From NCBI RefSeq assembly GCF_902626525.1, contig NZ_CACOFR010000004.1, forward strand, positions 2,525-66,524: DNA of 64,000 bases, read 5' to 3'. Positions within the stretch are counted from its first letter, which is position 1. Each line of letters opens with the position of its first letter. The notes below the pieces were generated by a model that was given only the letters and a program-made list of their open reading frames with translations, had not been told where the DNA came from and did no database searches. Positions 30,478-41,156 of the stretch are shown here, in pieces. A program made the translations under genes and the position numbers. The stretch comes from an uncultured Prochlorococcus sp. (GTDB lineage: Bacteria > Cyanobacteriota > Cyanobacteriia > PCC-6307 > Cyanobiaceae).

Positions 30478-31224
30478 TTAATAACAAGCCATTCCATTTG
30501 GTTGCTGTTTAACTAACTCAAAAAATTCCTGCTTAAGGCTGTGATCATGTCTAAAATCTCCTCTTACAATTGAATTTATCATACTGGTATTAGGCTCTTT
30601 TACCCCTCTCCAACACATACAATAATGTTTAGCTTTAACTAAAATTGCAAGACCTTTTGGTTCGCACAATCTTTCTATTTCATCAGCAAGTATCATTACA
30701 GCTTCTTCCTGAATATGAGGTCTAGAAAATACCCAGTCGGCCACTCTGGCAAACTTAGATATTCCTATTACCTTATCTCCCGGCTTAATTCCAATCCAGC
30801 AATCACCAATAATGGGAACCATATGATGGGAGCAAGCAGATCGAACACTTATTGGACCAAGAGTATATATTTCATCTAATTTCTTTGCATTTGGGAAATC
30901 AGTGACATTAGGTCGTTTATGATATCTCCCTTTAAACACTTCTTGCAAATACATTTTTGCAACTCTTTCAGCGGTCTCCTGAGAGTTATGGTCGTTCTCA
31001 ATATCAATAACTAAGGATTTAAGTAAATCTTTGACTTTTGTTGCTACCTCCCTTTGAAGAATTTCTAATTCACCTGGATTAATAAAATCAGAAATGTTAT
31101 CGTTAGCATGAAATCTTTTTTTATTAAGCTTTATTCTTTCTCTGATTATTTCAGATATAAGTTTATTGCTAATTTTGTCACCAAAAGTTTTCTTTATATT
31201 ATCGTTAGGTAATGTAGAGGTCAT
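30478..31224 (-). CDS. folE: GTP cyclohydrolase I
   Basis: The SACSHHMVPI segment corresponds to the FolE CEHH zinc-binding region, with a further cysteine pair in KAKHYCMCWRG. Confidence 0.85.
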   Translation of the reverse strand: MTSTLPNDNIKKTFGDKISNKLISEIIRERIKLNKKRFHANDNISDFINPGELEILQREVATKVKDLLKSLVIDIENDHNSQETAERVAKMYLQEVFKGRYHKRPNVTDFPNAKKLDEIYTLGPISVRSACSHHMVPIIGDCWIGIKPGDKVIGISKFARVADWVFSRPHIQEEAVMILADEIERLCEPKGLAILVKAKHYCMCWRGVKEPNTSMINSIVRGDFRHDHSLKQEFFELVKQQPNGMACY

Positions 31225-31363
31225 AGAATTGTTATCAGAAAAATAATCTGCAAACTTAATTACTTTATATTCTCAAGTGCTGCTTTGCCAATACACTATA
31301 TCACATACTAATGTTCATTAGAGAGAAAGAAGAGCTTAAAAGAATTATTCAAAAAGCCAAATA

Positions 31364-32113
31364 TTAAAAAACACCCCCTGCAGGCATCAAAGTTAAGTCT
31401 TCAATCAATTGTGATTCGGGTTGTTTAGCCATATAAAGAATAGTATCTGCTACTTCGCTTGAGGAGAGCATAGAAGCTCTATCAAAATCAGAATTGATTG
31501 ATTCGGAGTCCCAAAGAGGAGTATTTACTGAACCTAAAGTTATTGTACATGCTTTGATTGAATTAGATCTCTCCTCCTCCCTAAGACATTTAGTAAACAT
31601 AGTTAGTGCGGATTTTGAAATGCAATATGCCCCCCAATTTGGGAATGCATTATAAGAAGCATGGCTACTAACATTAATGACTAAACCACCATCTTTTCTC
31701 ATTTGCGGAACGATTGATCTGCAAATTTGAAAAACACTTGTGAGGTTTATTTGAATAGTTTGTTCCCATTGCACAAAATCCATTTCAACTAAAGGCCCAT
31801 TAAATGCGCAACCAGCATTATTTATCAAAACTGAAGGGCACCCATACTTCTTAATTGCATCTTTAGCACAGTGCTCTATTTCTTGTGGATTAGATAAATC
31901 ACATTTAACTAGGCTAATTTTTGATTTAGTAGTTAAGAGTTCATTCTTTAGTTTCTCCATTAAATCAATATTTCTAGAAAGCAAAATCAAGTCCCAACCA
32001 GCATTAGCAAAAGTAATTGCGGTTGATCTCCCAATACCTTTCGAAGCACCTGTTATAAAAGCTAGTTTCAATTTATTCAGTTTTTTGAGGCACTTCACTA
32101 TAGATCTCTTCAA
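31364..32113 (-). CDS. Short-chain dehydrogenase/reductase of the alkane cluster (possible TTG start at 32071)
   Basis: ITGASKGIG cofactor motif, NNAG, and S...YCISK catalytic triad. Confidence 0.8.
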   Translation of the reverse strand: MKRSIVKCLKKLNKLKLAFITGASKGIGRSTAITFANAGWDLILLSRNIDLMEKLKNELLTTKSKISLVKCDLSNPQEIEHCAKDAIKKYGCPSVLINNAGCAFNGPLVEMDFVQWEQTIQINLTSVFQICRSIVPQMRKDGGLVINVSSHASYNAFPNWGAYCISKSALTMFTKCLREEERSNSIKACTITLGSVNTPLWDSESINSDFDRASMLSSSEVADTILYMAKQPESQLIEDLTLMPAGGVF

Positions 32114-33080
32114 TATTATTTGCTTCGATAAATTTACCTAAAGCCCTAAACTTTTTATATCTTTCTTCGATCAGTTCATCTTTATTCATTTGCAGTAAAG
32201 TATTGAGATGTTTCTCAATGGCATCTTTTAGTGTATTGCCAGCATCCAAAGGCGCCCAATTATTTCCACCAGAAGGCTCTGGTAATACTTCATCTATTAT
32301 CCCCAATTTAAGAAGATCTTTACCCGTAATTTTAAGCGCAGATGCTGCTTCTGGAGCCTTGGCAGCATCTCTCCACAAAATTGATGCACATGCTTCCGGA
32401 CTAGCAACTGTATAAACACTATGTTCGAACATTAGTAACCTATCTGCGACACCTATTCCAAGTGCGCCTCCAGATCCACCTTCTCCAATAACAGTAGCCA
32501 CTATCGGTACTTTTAAACCAAACATCTCCCTCAAGTTTCTTGCTATCGCTTCTCCTTGCCCCTGCTCTTCAGCCGTTAAACCAGCATAGGCTCCAGGAGT
32601 ATCAATAAATGTAAGAATTGGCAAGGAAAATCTATCGGCATGCTGCATTAGTCTAAGAGCTTTTCTGTAACCTCCTGGCTTAGCCATTCCAAAGTTTCTC
32701 ACTACATTTTCTTTCGTATCTCTTCCTTTCTGATGACCTAATAACAACACTGATCGATTATTTATCGAACCAATTCCTCCAATTAGTGCCATATCATCAC
32801 CTCCATTTCTATCTCCATGTAATTCGATCCAGTCATCACAAAACATTTGAATAAAGTCCAAGGTACTTGGTCTTTGAGGATGTCTAGCCACCTGAATCTT
32901 TTGTGCAGGAGTAAGTGATTTAAATATTTCTTCTCTTCGCCTAGCAGCTAAGGTTTCAAGCTGAAGAAGTTGTTGACTAACATCCACTTCTGAATCTCGA
33001 GCTAATTCTTTGATTTGCTCTATCTGTTTCTCAAGTTCAACAAGAGGTTTTTCAAAATCAAGGAGGTAACGTTTAGCCAT
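32073..33080 (-). CDS. accA: Acetyl-CoA carboxylase carboxyltransferase alpha subunit
   Basis: [19 protein letters not shown] and [10 protein letters not shown] motifs. Confidence 0.95.
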   Translation of the reverse strand: MAKRYLLDFEKPLVELEKQIEQIKELARDSEVDVSQQLLQLETLAARRREEIFKSLTPAQKIQVARHPQRPSTLDFIQMFCDDWIELHGDRNGGDDMALIGGIGSINNRSVLLLGHQKGRDTKENVVRNFGMAKPGGYRKALRLMQHADRFSLPILTFIDTPGAYAGLTAEEQGQGEAIARNLREMFGLKVPIVATVIGEGGSGGALGIGVADRLLMFEHSVYTVASPEACASILWRDAAKAPEAASALKITGKDLLKLGIIDEVLPEPSGGNNWAPLDAGNTLKDAIEKHLNTLLQMNKDELIEERYKKFRALGKFIEANNIEEIYSEVPQKTE

Positions 33081-33083
33081 AAT

Positions 33084-34124
33084 CTAGACATTTAAAATTT
33101 TAGGCTGTTTATCAAGTCCAATCGCAGAAAAACCATGTTTTAAAGAAGCTGCTCCAATAAATTCCATTTTTTCAAGAGAAATGTTATTTCTTCCCCAACT
33201 AAAGTTGGTATGACACTTTTCAAATTCTAAAATCATGGCTTCTGCAAAGCAAGCAAACATCTCTCTCTGAGGATTTTGCATTTCTGCAAGTTCCATCATA
33301 TTCCAACCAATATCCTTGAAAAACTTTACTATACCTCCTTTTAAAACATGAATATTTTCACCCTGAAATTTCTCATCAAGATTTTTTGGGTATCCACCAT
33401 CAATCATTAAACATGGTTTTTTTAAGTTATCAGTATCAATTTCAATAGTTTTAGGCATACTTGCAACCCATACAACAATATCTGCCTGAGGCAGTGCCTC
33501 ATCTAAAGTTGTTATGGTGCCACCATCTAATTCTTTTTGTAATAAAGCTAGTGGTTCTTGTTGTCTTGCGACCATAAGAAGTTCAGAAATACCAGTTTTA
33601 TTCATAAGCCATCTACAAACAGCACTGCCTATATCCCCCGTAGCACCAATTACAGCAACAGTTGCTTTTTTAAGGTCTATCCCAATCCGAGGCGCATTTA
33701 TTTCTAATTGCCTACAAATTACCCAAGCGGTATGAGTATTGCCAGTAGTAAATCTTTCCCATTCTAATGAAGTATTTCTGATTTGTTTATGCTGAAGCAG
33801 ATTAAAATTCTCAAAAATAATAGAAGTAAATCCCCCTAAAGCCGTAATATTAATTCCTTTTTTCTGAGCTAGTTCCATTGCATTTAATACTTTTCTTCTT
33901 GCTGTTTTGAACCTAGAAAGCATTTCAGGAACAAAACAAGAATCTATATAAGAACCTTCAATAGATATTCCAATAGCACTCTTAACTTCTACATTTTCAA
34001 CCAACTGAGGAGGAGCTGTACACCAAACATCCAAGTCTCCATCAGCAATATGATCAAAGCCTAGCATCGAGGCTTTTCTTTTTGCATCTTCAAAACTGGT
34101 TGAGTGGCCTATTAACCCAAACAT
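33084..34124 (-). CDS. aar: Long-chain acyl-ACP reductase (alkane pathway)
   Basis: [15 protein letters not shown]-terminus and [13 protein letters not shown](P) motif. Adjacent to ado. Confidence 0.9.
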   Translation of the reverse strand: MFGLIGHSTSFEDAKRKASMLGFDHIADGDLDVWCTAPPQLVENVEVKSAIGISIEGSYIDSCFVPEMLSRFKTARRKVLNAMELAQKKGINITALGGFTSIIFENFNLLQHKQIRNTSLEWERFTTGNTHTAWVICRQLEINAPRIGIDLKKATVAVIGATGDIGSAVCRWLMNKTGISELLMVARQQEPLALLQKELDGGTITTLDEALPQADIVVWVASMPKTIEIDTDNLKKPCLMIDGGYPKNLDEKFQGENIHVLKGGIVKFFKDIGWNMMELAEMQNPQREMFACFAEAMILEFEKCHTNFSWGRNNISLEKMEFIGAASLKHGFSAIGLDKQPKILNV

Positions 34125-34229
34125 TTAAAATTTACTAATAGTCACGATATCTTAAGAAGAATAGCATAGCGCTATTTCCTTCAAGGAATAAAATCAAATA
34201 TTAAAAGGAGCAGTTAAATTTTAAAAAAA

Positions 34230-34982
34230 CTAAACGATTGCTGCCATTGCCATTCTAGCTATTTCTCTATTATCTAGTCCCATTTCTAATAGTGCGTCTT
34301 GGTATGCAATCATAAATTCTTCCATCAACTCTTCTTTGTCCATAGATAAAGTTGCAGCATCTTCAGCAACTTGATCAAGCATCTTTTTTATTAAAGGTAA
34401 ATTTACTTTATTAGCTGCTATTAATTCATCTTTGCAAGTATGAAGATTTTCTTTAAGCCATTTTTCACCATAATTTAAATGCAAATACTCATCGTTAACA
34501 ACACCTTGAGTAATTTTTTTTGCAAAAGGATCAGCAACTCTTATGTATACATGATAGGCAGAAATAGCGAAAGCTTCAATTAAAATGGCTTGAATAAGAA
34601 GACATGTAGTTAGGTTTCCATCTTTCAATGCCATCTGGAAATTACCATGTAATTTTGAAAAGAATTCCTTAGCAAAAGGCATATCGGCTTCGACACCCAA
34701 ATTCTTACCACATGCAGTAAAACCTCTTTTATGTTTAAGCTCCATTTTTGCCAATTTGGTTAATTCTTCAGAATCATTAGGTAAAAGAGTGGCGATAGAA
34801 ATATAGTTGTCATAAGCTTCCTGTTCGCCTTCTATAACAATTGCATTTATTCTGCTATATGCATCTTTATAAGCATCCGTGGTGAAATCAGGCAGATTAG
34901 CTGAATCATTATCAGTTGATCCTTCTAATTGAATGTCTTTTTTAGATTCTAGAGTTTGCATGTTAGTAAAGCTTTTGTTCAT
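34230..34982 (-). CDS. ado: Aldehyde-deformylating oxygenase (possible start at ATG 34961)
   Basis: Ferritin-like di-iron motifs: YSRINAIVIEGEQEA, ELKH, and LIEAFAISAYHVY...DEYLH. Confidence 0.9.
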   Translation of the reverse strand: MNKSFTNMQTLESKKDIQLEGSTDNDSANLPDFTTDAYKDAYSRINAIVIEGEQEAYDNYISIATLLPNDSEELTKLAKMELKHKRGFTACGKNLGVEADMPFAKEFFSKLHGNFQMALKDGNLTTCLLIQAILIEAFAISAYHVYIRVADPFAKKITQGVVNDEYLHLNYGEKWLKENLHTCKDELIAANKVNLPLIKKMLDQVAEDAATLSMDKEELMEEFMIAYQDALLEMGLDNREIARMAMAAIV

Positions 34983-35077
34983 TATGCAATGAGTTTACAC
35001 AATTATAATGAAAATATAAAAATTTGAAGGAATTAGTTTCAATTTTAAACCAATTCATTAACTAATCAATACAAAAA

Positions 35078-35866
35078 CTAATTAGGCCAATCTGATTTCA
35101 TAAGATTCATAATCAATTTATACCAATGATCAATTAACAAATTCTTTAGATCATTACCCAAGTTTGCATTTGCACCTCTGCTATCCCCAATAACACCTGA
35201 TTTACTGAAGTCGTCAGTAAGCCAAGCAGTAGGCGCATTGCCTTCTAGACTCCAACCTTCTGGGATCTTTCCTTTAATGACCTCATTTGGTCGTTCATCC
35301 CCTACTAATTGTGGTTTTAAAGCGAGCATCAAACTAGTTTCAGCTAAAGAAGCATGAAGACCATTCTCGATCTCTGTTTTTGTTAACAATTCACTTAATC
35401 CATTAACACCACTCCATAAGAAACAAGGGAAAACTGCAATATCAGGTGTGAAACTTCTGAGTTCTCTTGCCGCGGTATGTAGTAGTGAGATTTGACCTCC
35501 ATGTCCATTAATCAATATTAATCTTTTAAAACCCATTTCAGATAATTGTCCTCCTACTTCCTTAATCATTGAGATTATTAAATTTGAGGAAAGTGAAATT
35601 GTCCCAGCAAAACTCTTATGTTCTGGAGAAAAACCAATATATTGAGTTGGAAGTTTTTTTAATGGAATATCGGGAGAGAATTGTTTAAAAACTTCGCTTA
35701 TAATTTCATCAACAAAAATACTATCTGTAGCAAGAGGCAAATGCGGCCCATGTTGTTCAACAGCGCCAAATGGCCATATCACTGTAGATCTTTTGTCTTT
35801 TGCAATAATCTCAATTTCTTGCCAATTTAAATATTCAAATTTATTAGGTATTGGTTTAAAGTTCAT
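35078..35866 (-). CDS. Creatininase-family amidohydrolase
   Basis: WPFGAVEQHGPHLPLATD and NGHGGQ motifs. Confidence 0.75.
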   Translation of the reverse strand: MNFKPIPNKFEYLNWQEIEIIAKDKRSTVIWPFGAVEQHGPHLPLATDSIFVDEIISEVFKQFSPDIPLKKLPTQYIGFSPEHKSFAGTISLSSNLIISMIKEVGGQLSEMGFKRLILINGHGGQISLLHTAARELRSFTPDIAVFPCFLWSGVNGLSELLTKTEIENGLHASLAETSLMLALKPQLVGDERPNEVIKGKIPEGWSLEGNAPTAWLTDDFSKSGVIGDSRGANANLGNDLKNLLIDHWYKLIMNLMKSDWPN

Positions 35867-35932
35867 TAATTTTAATTTTGAGTACTAACATTTAAAGTAT
35901 GTTAATAATTAATTATTCTTATTTTACCTACG

Positions 35933-37147
35933 ATGGGAGTCAGTAATAAAAATGCCCAAGATAATATCCAACCAAAGGGCAATAAAAAAGATTTAAAAAA
36001 ACCTCTTCAGGTACTTCACATAAGCAAGAAAGATACTCAAAAAAAATCTCTAGAGATACAGAATGAGCAAACAAATTCTCAAGAAGAAATGAAAAAAGAA
36101 AATATAGCAATCAAACCTCAAATCATTAAAGATGAATCAGTAAAAGAAATTGAGGACAGTCATAAAAACACAAATGCTTTTGATATTTCTCAACAAGACT
36201 TAAAAAGACCCTTTGATTTTTCTGAGCAAAACACAGATTTTCAACTAGAAAGAACAGTTGATGAATTCGATTTTGATGAAAGTGCTTTTTTGGAGGCTTT
36301 AAATGCAAATGAGCCAATTGGGACTACAGGAGAAACAATTTCAGGGAAGGTTATAGCAATCGAAAGTGATGGACTATATGTAGACATTGGTGGGAAAGCA
36401 CCTGGTTATATGCCAAAAAAAGAATGTGGGTTGGGCGTCATAACTAACTTTAAAGAAAAGTTTTCTATAGGCCTTGAAATGGAAGTTTTGGTTATCAAAG
36501 AACAAAATGCTGATGGGATGGTAACAGTGAGTGCTAGGGCATTAATTCTCAGGCAAAGTTGGGAGAAAGTATCAAGTTCCGCAAAAAATGGTGAATTAAT
36601 TGACGTTTTAATTAATGGATTTAATAGAGGAGGGCTTACGTGTGATGTTGATGGACTTAGAGGATTCATCCCAAGATCTCAACTTGAAGATGGTCAAGAT
36701 TATCAATCTTTTGTTGGCAAGACTCTAAAAGTAGCGTTTCTTGAGGTAAATCCAGAATCCAGAAAATTAGTGCTCTCTGAAAAGAAAGCATCAATAGTAT
36801 CTAAACTTACAAGTCTAGAACTGGGTCAATTAATTGAAGGAGAAGTTTTAGCTGTAAAACCATATGGCTTTTTTGTTGATTTAGGAGGAGCTAGTGGACT
36901 TCTTCATCAATCCGCATTAACAAATGGATCGATTCGTTCTTTACGAGAAGTTTTTAGAGAAGGGGAAATTATCAAAGCTTTAGTATCTGAAATTGACCTC
37001 GAAAAAGGGCGCATTGGTCTCAATACAGCACTCCTAGAAAACTCTGCAGGAGAATTAATTATTGATAAGCAAAAAGTTATGAAAGAAGCCACAGAAAGAG
37101 CACTTAAAACCAAAGCACTCTTCGATAAAAAAGAACAAGATAAATGA
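35933..37147 (+). CDS. Ribosomal protein S1-like RNA-binding protein (three S1 domains, K/E/Q-rich N-terminal extension)
   Basis: Repeated S1 OB-fold signatures: GKVIAIESDGLYVDIGGK, GGLTCDVDGLRGFIP and GEVLAVKPYGFFVDLGG. Confidence 0.8.
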   Translation: MGVSNKNAQDNIQPKGNKKDLKKPLQVLHISKKDTQKKSLEIQNEQTNSQEEMKKENIAIKPQIIKDESVKEIEDSHKNTNAFDISQQDLKRPFDFSEQNTDFQLERTVDEFDFDESAFLEALNANEPIGTTGETISGKVIAIESDGLYVDIGGKAPGYMPKKECGLGVITNFKEKFSIGLEMEVLVIKEQNADGMVTVSARALILRQSWEKVSSSAKNGELIDVLINGFNRGGLTCDVDGLRGFIPRSQLEDGQDYQSFVGKTLKVAFLEVNPESRKLVLSEKKASIVSKLTSLELGQLIEGEVLAVKPYGFFVDLGGASGLLHQSALTNGSIRSLREVFREGEIIKALVSEIDLEKGRIGLNTALLENSAGELIIDKQKVMKEATERALKTKALFDKKEQDK

Positions 37148-38049
37148 ACATCAATCAAAAAATGGAACCAAGTCTTGAATTAAAAATTTCAGATTGGGAG
37201 TTAGACTTTTACTCAAGGCCAATTATTGAATCAAATCAAAAAAAAAGATGGGAGTTAATTATTTGCTCTACAAAAAATTATAAGACAGAAGATATTTTTC
37301 TTTGGAATAAAAAATGCCCTGCCAATGAAGTTAATTCAGTATGGCTTACAAAAGCACTAAATGAAGCAATAAGTGAAGCAAGAAAACAAGGGTGGGCGAA
37401 ACCTGCAATAGTTCGATTCTGGAGGTCGTCAATGAAATCGATCATTAAGAAATCTCTAGAGGCCGTAAGTATTGAGGCTCTTGTCAGTAGAAGAACTTAC
37501 GATTTATTCGATAGAATCGAATTTCTTGAAAAAGAGATTTATCCAAAGGAAAAAGGTTATGTGAGAGGGGTACTAGCTCCATCTTTTACTTCCAAAATGG
37601 AAAACTCCCCTCAACCTCTACCAGAAGCAGTGAGGGGTGATGCATTAACTATCTCTGAAATATCAATTGGTGAACTAAAATCAGCAGAAAATTGGCCTAT
37701 GGAATTTGGAGATATTTTCCCTATTCAGCAAGATTTAGATGATAATTACTTGGTTCCAGGATTAAGACTTTTTAGCAAAGATAGATCTTTAGCACTTTCT
37801 GCATGGTTCAGTTGTTTAGAACCGATTAAATTAACTATAAGTAAGAACCAACTCATTCTTAAAGCTTTAGAAGACGATAACTGGCTGGTGACAGATTTGC
37901 CAGAAAAAGATGCAAACATTTTAAGCACAAAGTTTTTAGAGAATAAAAAAAATTCTTTTGGTTATCAATTTATTTCCATACAGTCAACGCCATACGTCGA
38001 AAAATTTGCAGGATTCTGGATCTTGAGAGATATTGACTTAATTTCATAA
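37144..38049 (+). CDS. Tab2/ATAB2-like (DUF1092) RNA-binding protein
   Basis: WELDFYSRPI...KKRWELIIC N-terminal signature. Its start overlaps the S1 gene stop (ATGA). Confidence 0.6.
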   Translation: MNINQKMEPSLELKISDWELDFYSRPIIESNQKKRWELIICSTKNYKTEDIFLWNKKCPANEVNSVWLTKALNEAISEARKQGWAKPAIVRFWRSSMKSIIKKSLEAVSIEALVSRRTYDLFDRIEFLEKEIYPKEKGYVRGVLAPSFTSKMENSPQPLPEAVRGDALTISEISIGELKSAENWPMEFGDIFPIQQDLDDNYLVPGLRLFSKDRSLALSAWFSCLEPIKLTISKNQLILKALEDDNWLVTDLPEKDANILSTKFLENKKNSFGYQFISIQSTPYVEKFAGFWILRDIDLIS

Positions 38050-38071
38050 ATTCAGTTTAGGAGCAGGTACT

Positions 38072-38854
38072 ATTCCTTACAAAGAAATATATTTCTCAAA
38101 AGCTGAAATTTTTATTCAAAACAAAAAATTTGAGTATTATTTATCACCTATACTTATTCAAAATAATTTCAAACATGCATATTTTACTAAGTCTAGCTCT
38201 GAAAAATTTCTTCAATTATTAGGTAATCACTTTAATGAAAATTACATAAATTGTTTTTCCAATCAAATTCACAGTAATATGATCGTGTTTGGATCACATT
38301 CGCAAGAAGGGAGTAAGACCGATGCAGATGGTCTTGTTGGTAATAAATGCAATCAAAACTTATGGGTTTACACAGCGGATTGTATGCCAATATTTTTTGC
38401 AGATAAAAGTACAAGAAATGTAGCAGCCTTGCATTGTGGAAGAAAAGGTTTAGAAAAAAAAATAATAAAAAATCTGGTTAAAATTTTTGATGATTTTGGG
38501 TCATCTAGAGATGATTTACTTGTTGCAATAGGACCAGCGATTTCGAAGGAACATTATCTAGTTGATAAAAAAACACTCAAAGAATTTTATAGAAAGGCCG
38601 AAAACAAAAAAATAACGAGCAATTTGCCTAAAACTGAAAAAGATTTTTGTTTTAGTGATTCAAATCTGTTTAAAAAGCAAAACTTAACTCAAATTGATCT
38701 TAAAAGATCTGCCTATAGACAACTTTTAGATGAGAAAATCCCTAGTACAAATATAGATATCTCAAATTTGTGCACATACAAATTAAAAAATGAATTTAAT
38801 TCTTGGAGAAGAAGCAAAACAATCTCGAGACAATGGAATTTTATTTGCTCATAG
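38072..38854 (+). CDS. pgeF: YfiH/PgeF-family (DUF152) peptidoglycan-editing / purine-nucleoside enzyme; start uncertain (proposed ATT 38072; first ATG 38279)
   Basis: Motifs QIHS, TADCMPIFF, HCGRKG and C-terminal CTY...F.S.RR. The frame is open from 38042 and its N-terminus resembles the family. AGGAG lies at 38059-38063. Confidence 0.6.
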   Translation: MPYKEIYFSKAEIFIQNKKFEYYLSPILIQNNFKHAYFTKSSSEKFLQLLGNHFNENYINCFSNQIHSNMIVFGSHSQEGSKTDADGLVGNKCNQNLWVYTADCMPIFFADKSTRNVAALHCGRKGLEKKIIKNLVKIFDDFGSSRDDLLVAIGPAISKEHYLVDKKTLKEFYRKAENKKITSNLPKTEKDFCFSDSNLFKKQNLTQIDLKRSAYRQLLDEKIPSTNIDISNLCTYKLKNEFNSWRRSKTISRQWNFICS

Positions 38855-38860
38855 AAATAG

Positions 38861-39211
38861 TTAACTTGGACAAAATTCACTAGTAAAGCCTTTAGCTACT
38901 AATAATTCGGACATCTCCTTAGTTCCTTTAATATTGAAAACTTTGGCTAATAAGACATTCTCTTCGAAACCAAAAGGTTTTATTTTCACTTTGCTTCCTC
39001 TTGGGAATTCACTCTTAAGTAAATTAGTTGCATCGAGTTCATCATTTTCATTTACATCTACACAAAATAATTCAATAGTTAAATTCCTATTTTGATCCCC
39101 CACCAAAATAGTATTTGAATTTTTAATTTGAAGAATTTCAGCCGAGTTAACCATTACAGGATTAAGAACAATTAAGCAGACTATAATTAAAGTTTTTGAT
39201 AATTTTTTCAA
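38861..39211 (-). CDS. Secreted hypothetical protein (signal peptide, 116 aa)
   Basis: N-terminal MKKLSKTLIIVCLIVLNPVMVNSA signal-like sequence. No family recognised. Confidence 0.4.
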   Translation of the reverse strand: MKKLSKTLIIVCLIVLNPVMVNSAEILQIKNSNTILVGDQNRNLTIELFCVDVNENDELDATNLLKSEFPRGSKVKIKPFGFEENVLLAKVFNIKGTKEMSELLVAKGFTSEFCPS

Positions 39212-39260
39212 TTCACAAACATCTAAGTTTTTAAATTACCTTAAAGTTAATTTTGAAAAA

Positions 39261-41024
39261 TTAGTCTTCACAATTAACATATCCAACCATTTGAGCATTA
39301 CTTTTACCAGGAGGAACCATTGGATAACAATTTTCACCTCTTCTGACAAGGATATTAATCAAGGCAGGGCCGTCATGATCAAGTGCATTTTTTAATTCAT
39401 TCTGTAATTGTTTTCTATCAGAAATTAAGTATCCTTTAACTCTAAAAGACTCAGCAAGTTTAACAAAATCAGGTTCTCCACAACTCATATCTGATGAGGA
39501 ATACCTCTCATTATAGAAACTTTCTTGCCATTGCCTTACCATACCTTGCCAGCGATTATTTATGATAATTAACTTTATCTTTAAACCATATTGAGATAAG
39601 GTTCCCAATTCTTGGATATTCATTAATACGCTTGCATCTCCTGCTATACAAATTACATCAGCATTAGGTAGGGCTGCCTTCACTCCAATAGCAGCTGGCA
39701 ATCCAAAACCCATAGTTCCTAGGCCTGCACTACTTATCCATTTTCTTGGGGAATTTCTAAGATATTGAGCAGCCCACATCTGATGTTGTCCTACATCTGT
39801 AGTTACATAAGCTTCAGGTGAAAGTTCCCTAACTTTCAAAAGAACTTCCTGAGGATAAATTTCTCCTTCATTAGGTGGCTCATACAAAGGATGTTTGTTT
39901 TTCCAATAATCAATTTTTTCTAACCAGTTTTTAGTTTTACAAACAAATTTGTTATCGAGAGATTTTTCATTAATTTTGTTAACAGCTTTTGAGACGTCAG
40001 AGATAATAGCGACATCTACACGTCTATTTTTATTAACTTCTGCTGGATCAATATCTATATGAACGACCTTTGCATTAGATGCAAAAGTATCTAATTTCCC
40101 AGTTACCCTATCATCAAATCTAGCTCCAATAGCTATTAAAAGATCACATTCTGTAACTGCAAAATTTGCATAAGCAGTACCGTGCATACCTAACATCCCT
40201 ACTGATAAATTATCTTTTTCATCAAAAGCACCTTTGCCCATTAAGGTAGTAGTAACTGGAATTTGATAATTTTTTGCCAAAGTTCTAATCTCATCATGAG
40301 CGCCTGAAGATATTGCTCCGCCGCCTACATAAAGAAGAGGTCTTTCAGAATTTTCTATTAATTTAATAGTTTTTTCTATATCACAATCATTAATATCTCC
40401 ATTTCTTTTAAATCCGTTAGGAATAATCTCACCAGGAAAAACTCTTTTGTAATTGAAGAATTCTTGACCTACATCCTTGGGTATATCAATTAAAACAGGC
40501 CCAGGTCTTCCAGAAGTGGCTATAAAAAAAGCTTCTGAAACAACGTTTGCGATGTCTGAAGGATCTCTTATTACCCATGAATGTTTAACTATTGGAAGAG
40601 TTATGCCAAAAATATCAGTTTCTTGAAAAGCATCTGTCCCAATAGCAGGTCGTGGAACCTGACCTGTAACTACTACTAATGGAACTGAATCCATTTGTGC
40701 AGTTGCAATTCCGGTTACCAAATTTGTTGCACCTGGACCTGAGGTCCCAAAACATACACCTACTTCACCACTAGATCTTGCATATCCATCAGCCGCGTGA
40801 GAACCTCCTTGTTCATGTCTTACCATATAATGCTTTAACCAACCATCTTGTTCTGCCTTATGAACAGCGTCATATATTGGCAGTATGGCTCCACCTGGAT
40901 ATCCAAATATAACCTTTACCCCATGAATCTTTAGAGAATCCATTAGCGCATCTGCACCTGTAATCCAAACTGGATTATCATTTTTTGAACTATCCTTTGA
41001 CATGGATCTCGAAGTAAGAGTCAC
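39261..41024 (-). CDS. ilvB: Acetolactate synthase large (catalytic) subunit
   Basis: Thiamine-PP enzyme with [13 protein letters not shown] and [14 protein letters not shown]...GDAS motifs. Confidence 0.9.
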   Translation of the reverse strand: MTLTSRSMSKDSSKNDNPVWITGADALMDSLKIHGVKVIFGYPGGAILPIYDAVHKAEQDGWLKHYMVRHEQGGSHAADGYARSSGEVGVCFGTSGPGATNLVTGIATAQMDSVPLVVVTGQVPRPAIGTDAFQETDIFGITLPIVKHSWVIRDPSDIANVVSEAFFIATSGRPGPVLIDIPKDVGQEFFNYKRVFPGEIIPNGFKRNGDINDCDIEKTIKLIENSERPLLYVGGGAISSGAHDEIRTLAKNYQIPVTTTLMGKGAFDEKDNLSVGMLGMHGTAYANFAVTECDLLIAIGARFDDRVTGKLDTFASNAKVVHIDIDPAEVNKNRRVDVAIISDVSKAVNKINEKSLDNKFVCKTKNWLEKIDYWKNKHPLYEPPNEGEIYPQEVLLKVRELSPEAYVTTDVGQHQMWAAQYLRNSPRKWISSAGLGTMGFGLPAAIGVKAALPNADVICIAGDASVLMNIQELGTLSQYGLKIKLIIINNRWQGMVRQWQESFYNERYSSSDMSCGEPDFVKLAESFRVKGYLISDRKQLQNELKNALDHDGPALINILVRRGENCYPMVPPGKSNAQMVGYVNCED

Positions 41025-41156
41025 TAAAGAAATTCAATAATTACTCTAAATATTAAACTTAATTAAATACTTTTGCCTCATTTAGAAATGTAATGTCAGA
41101 AAAGTAATCAAAAATATCTCAATATATTGTAATTAGTAAAATAAGGAAATTGAACT

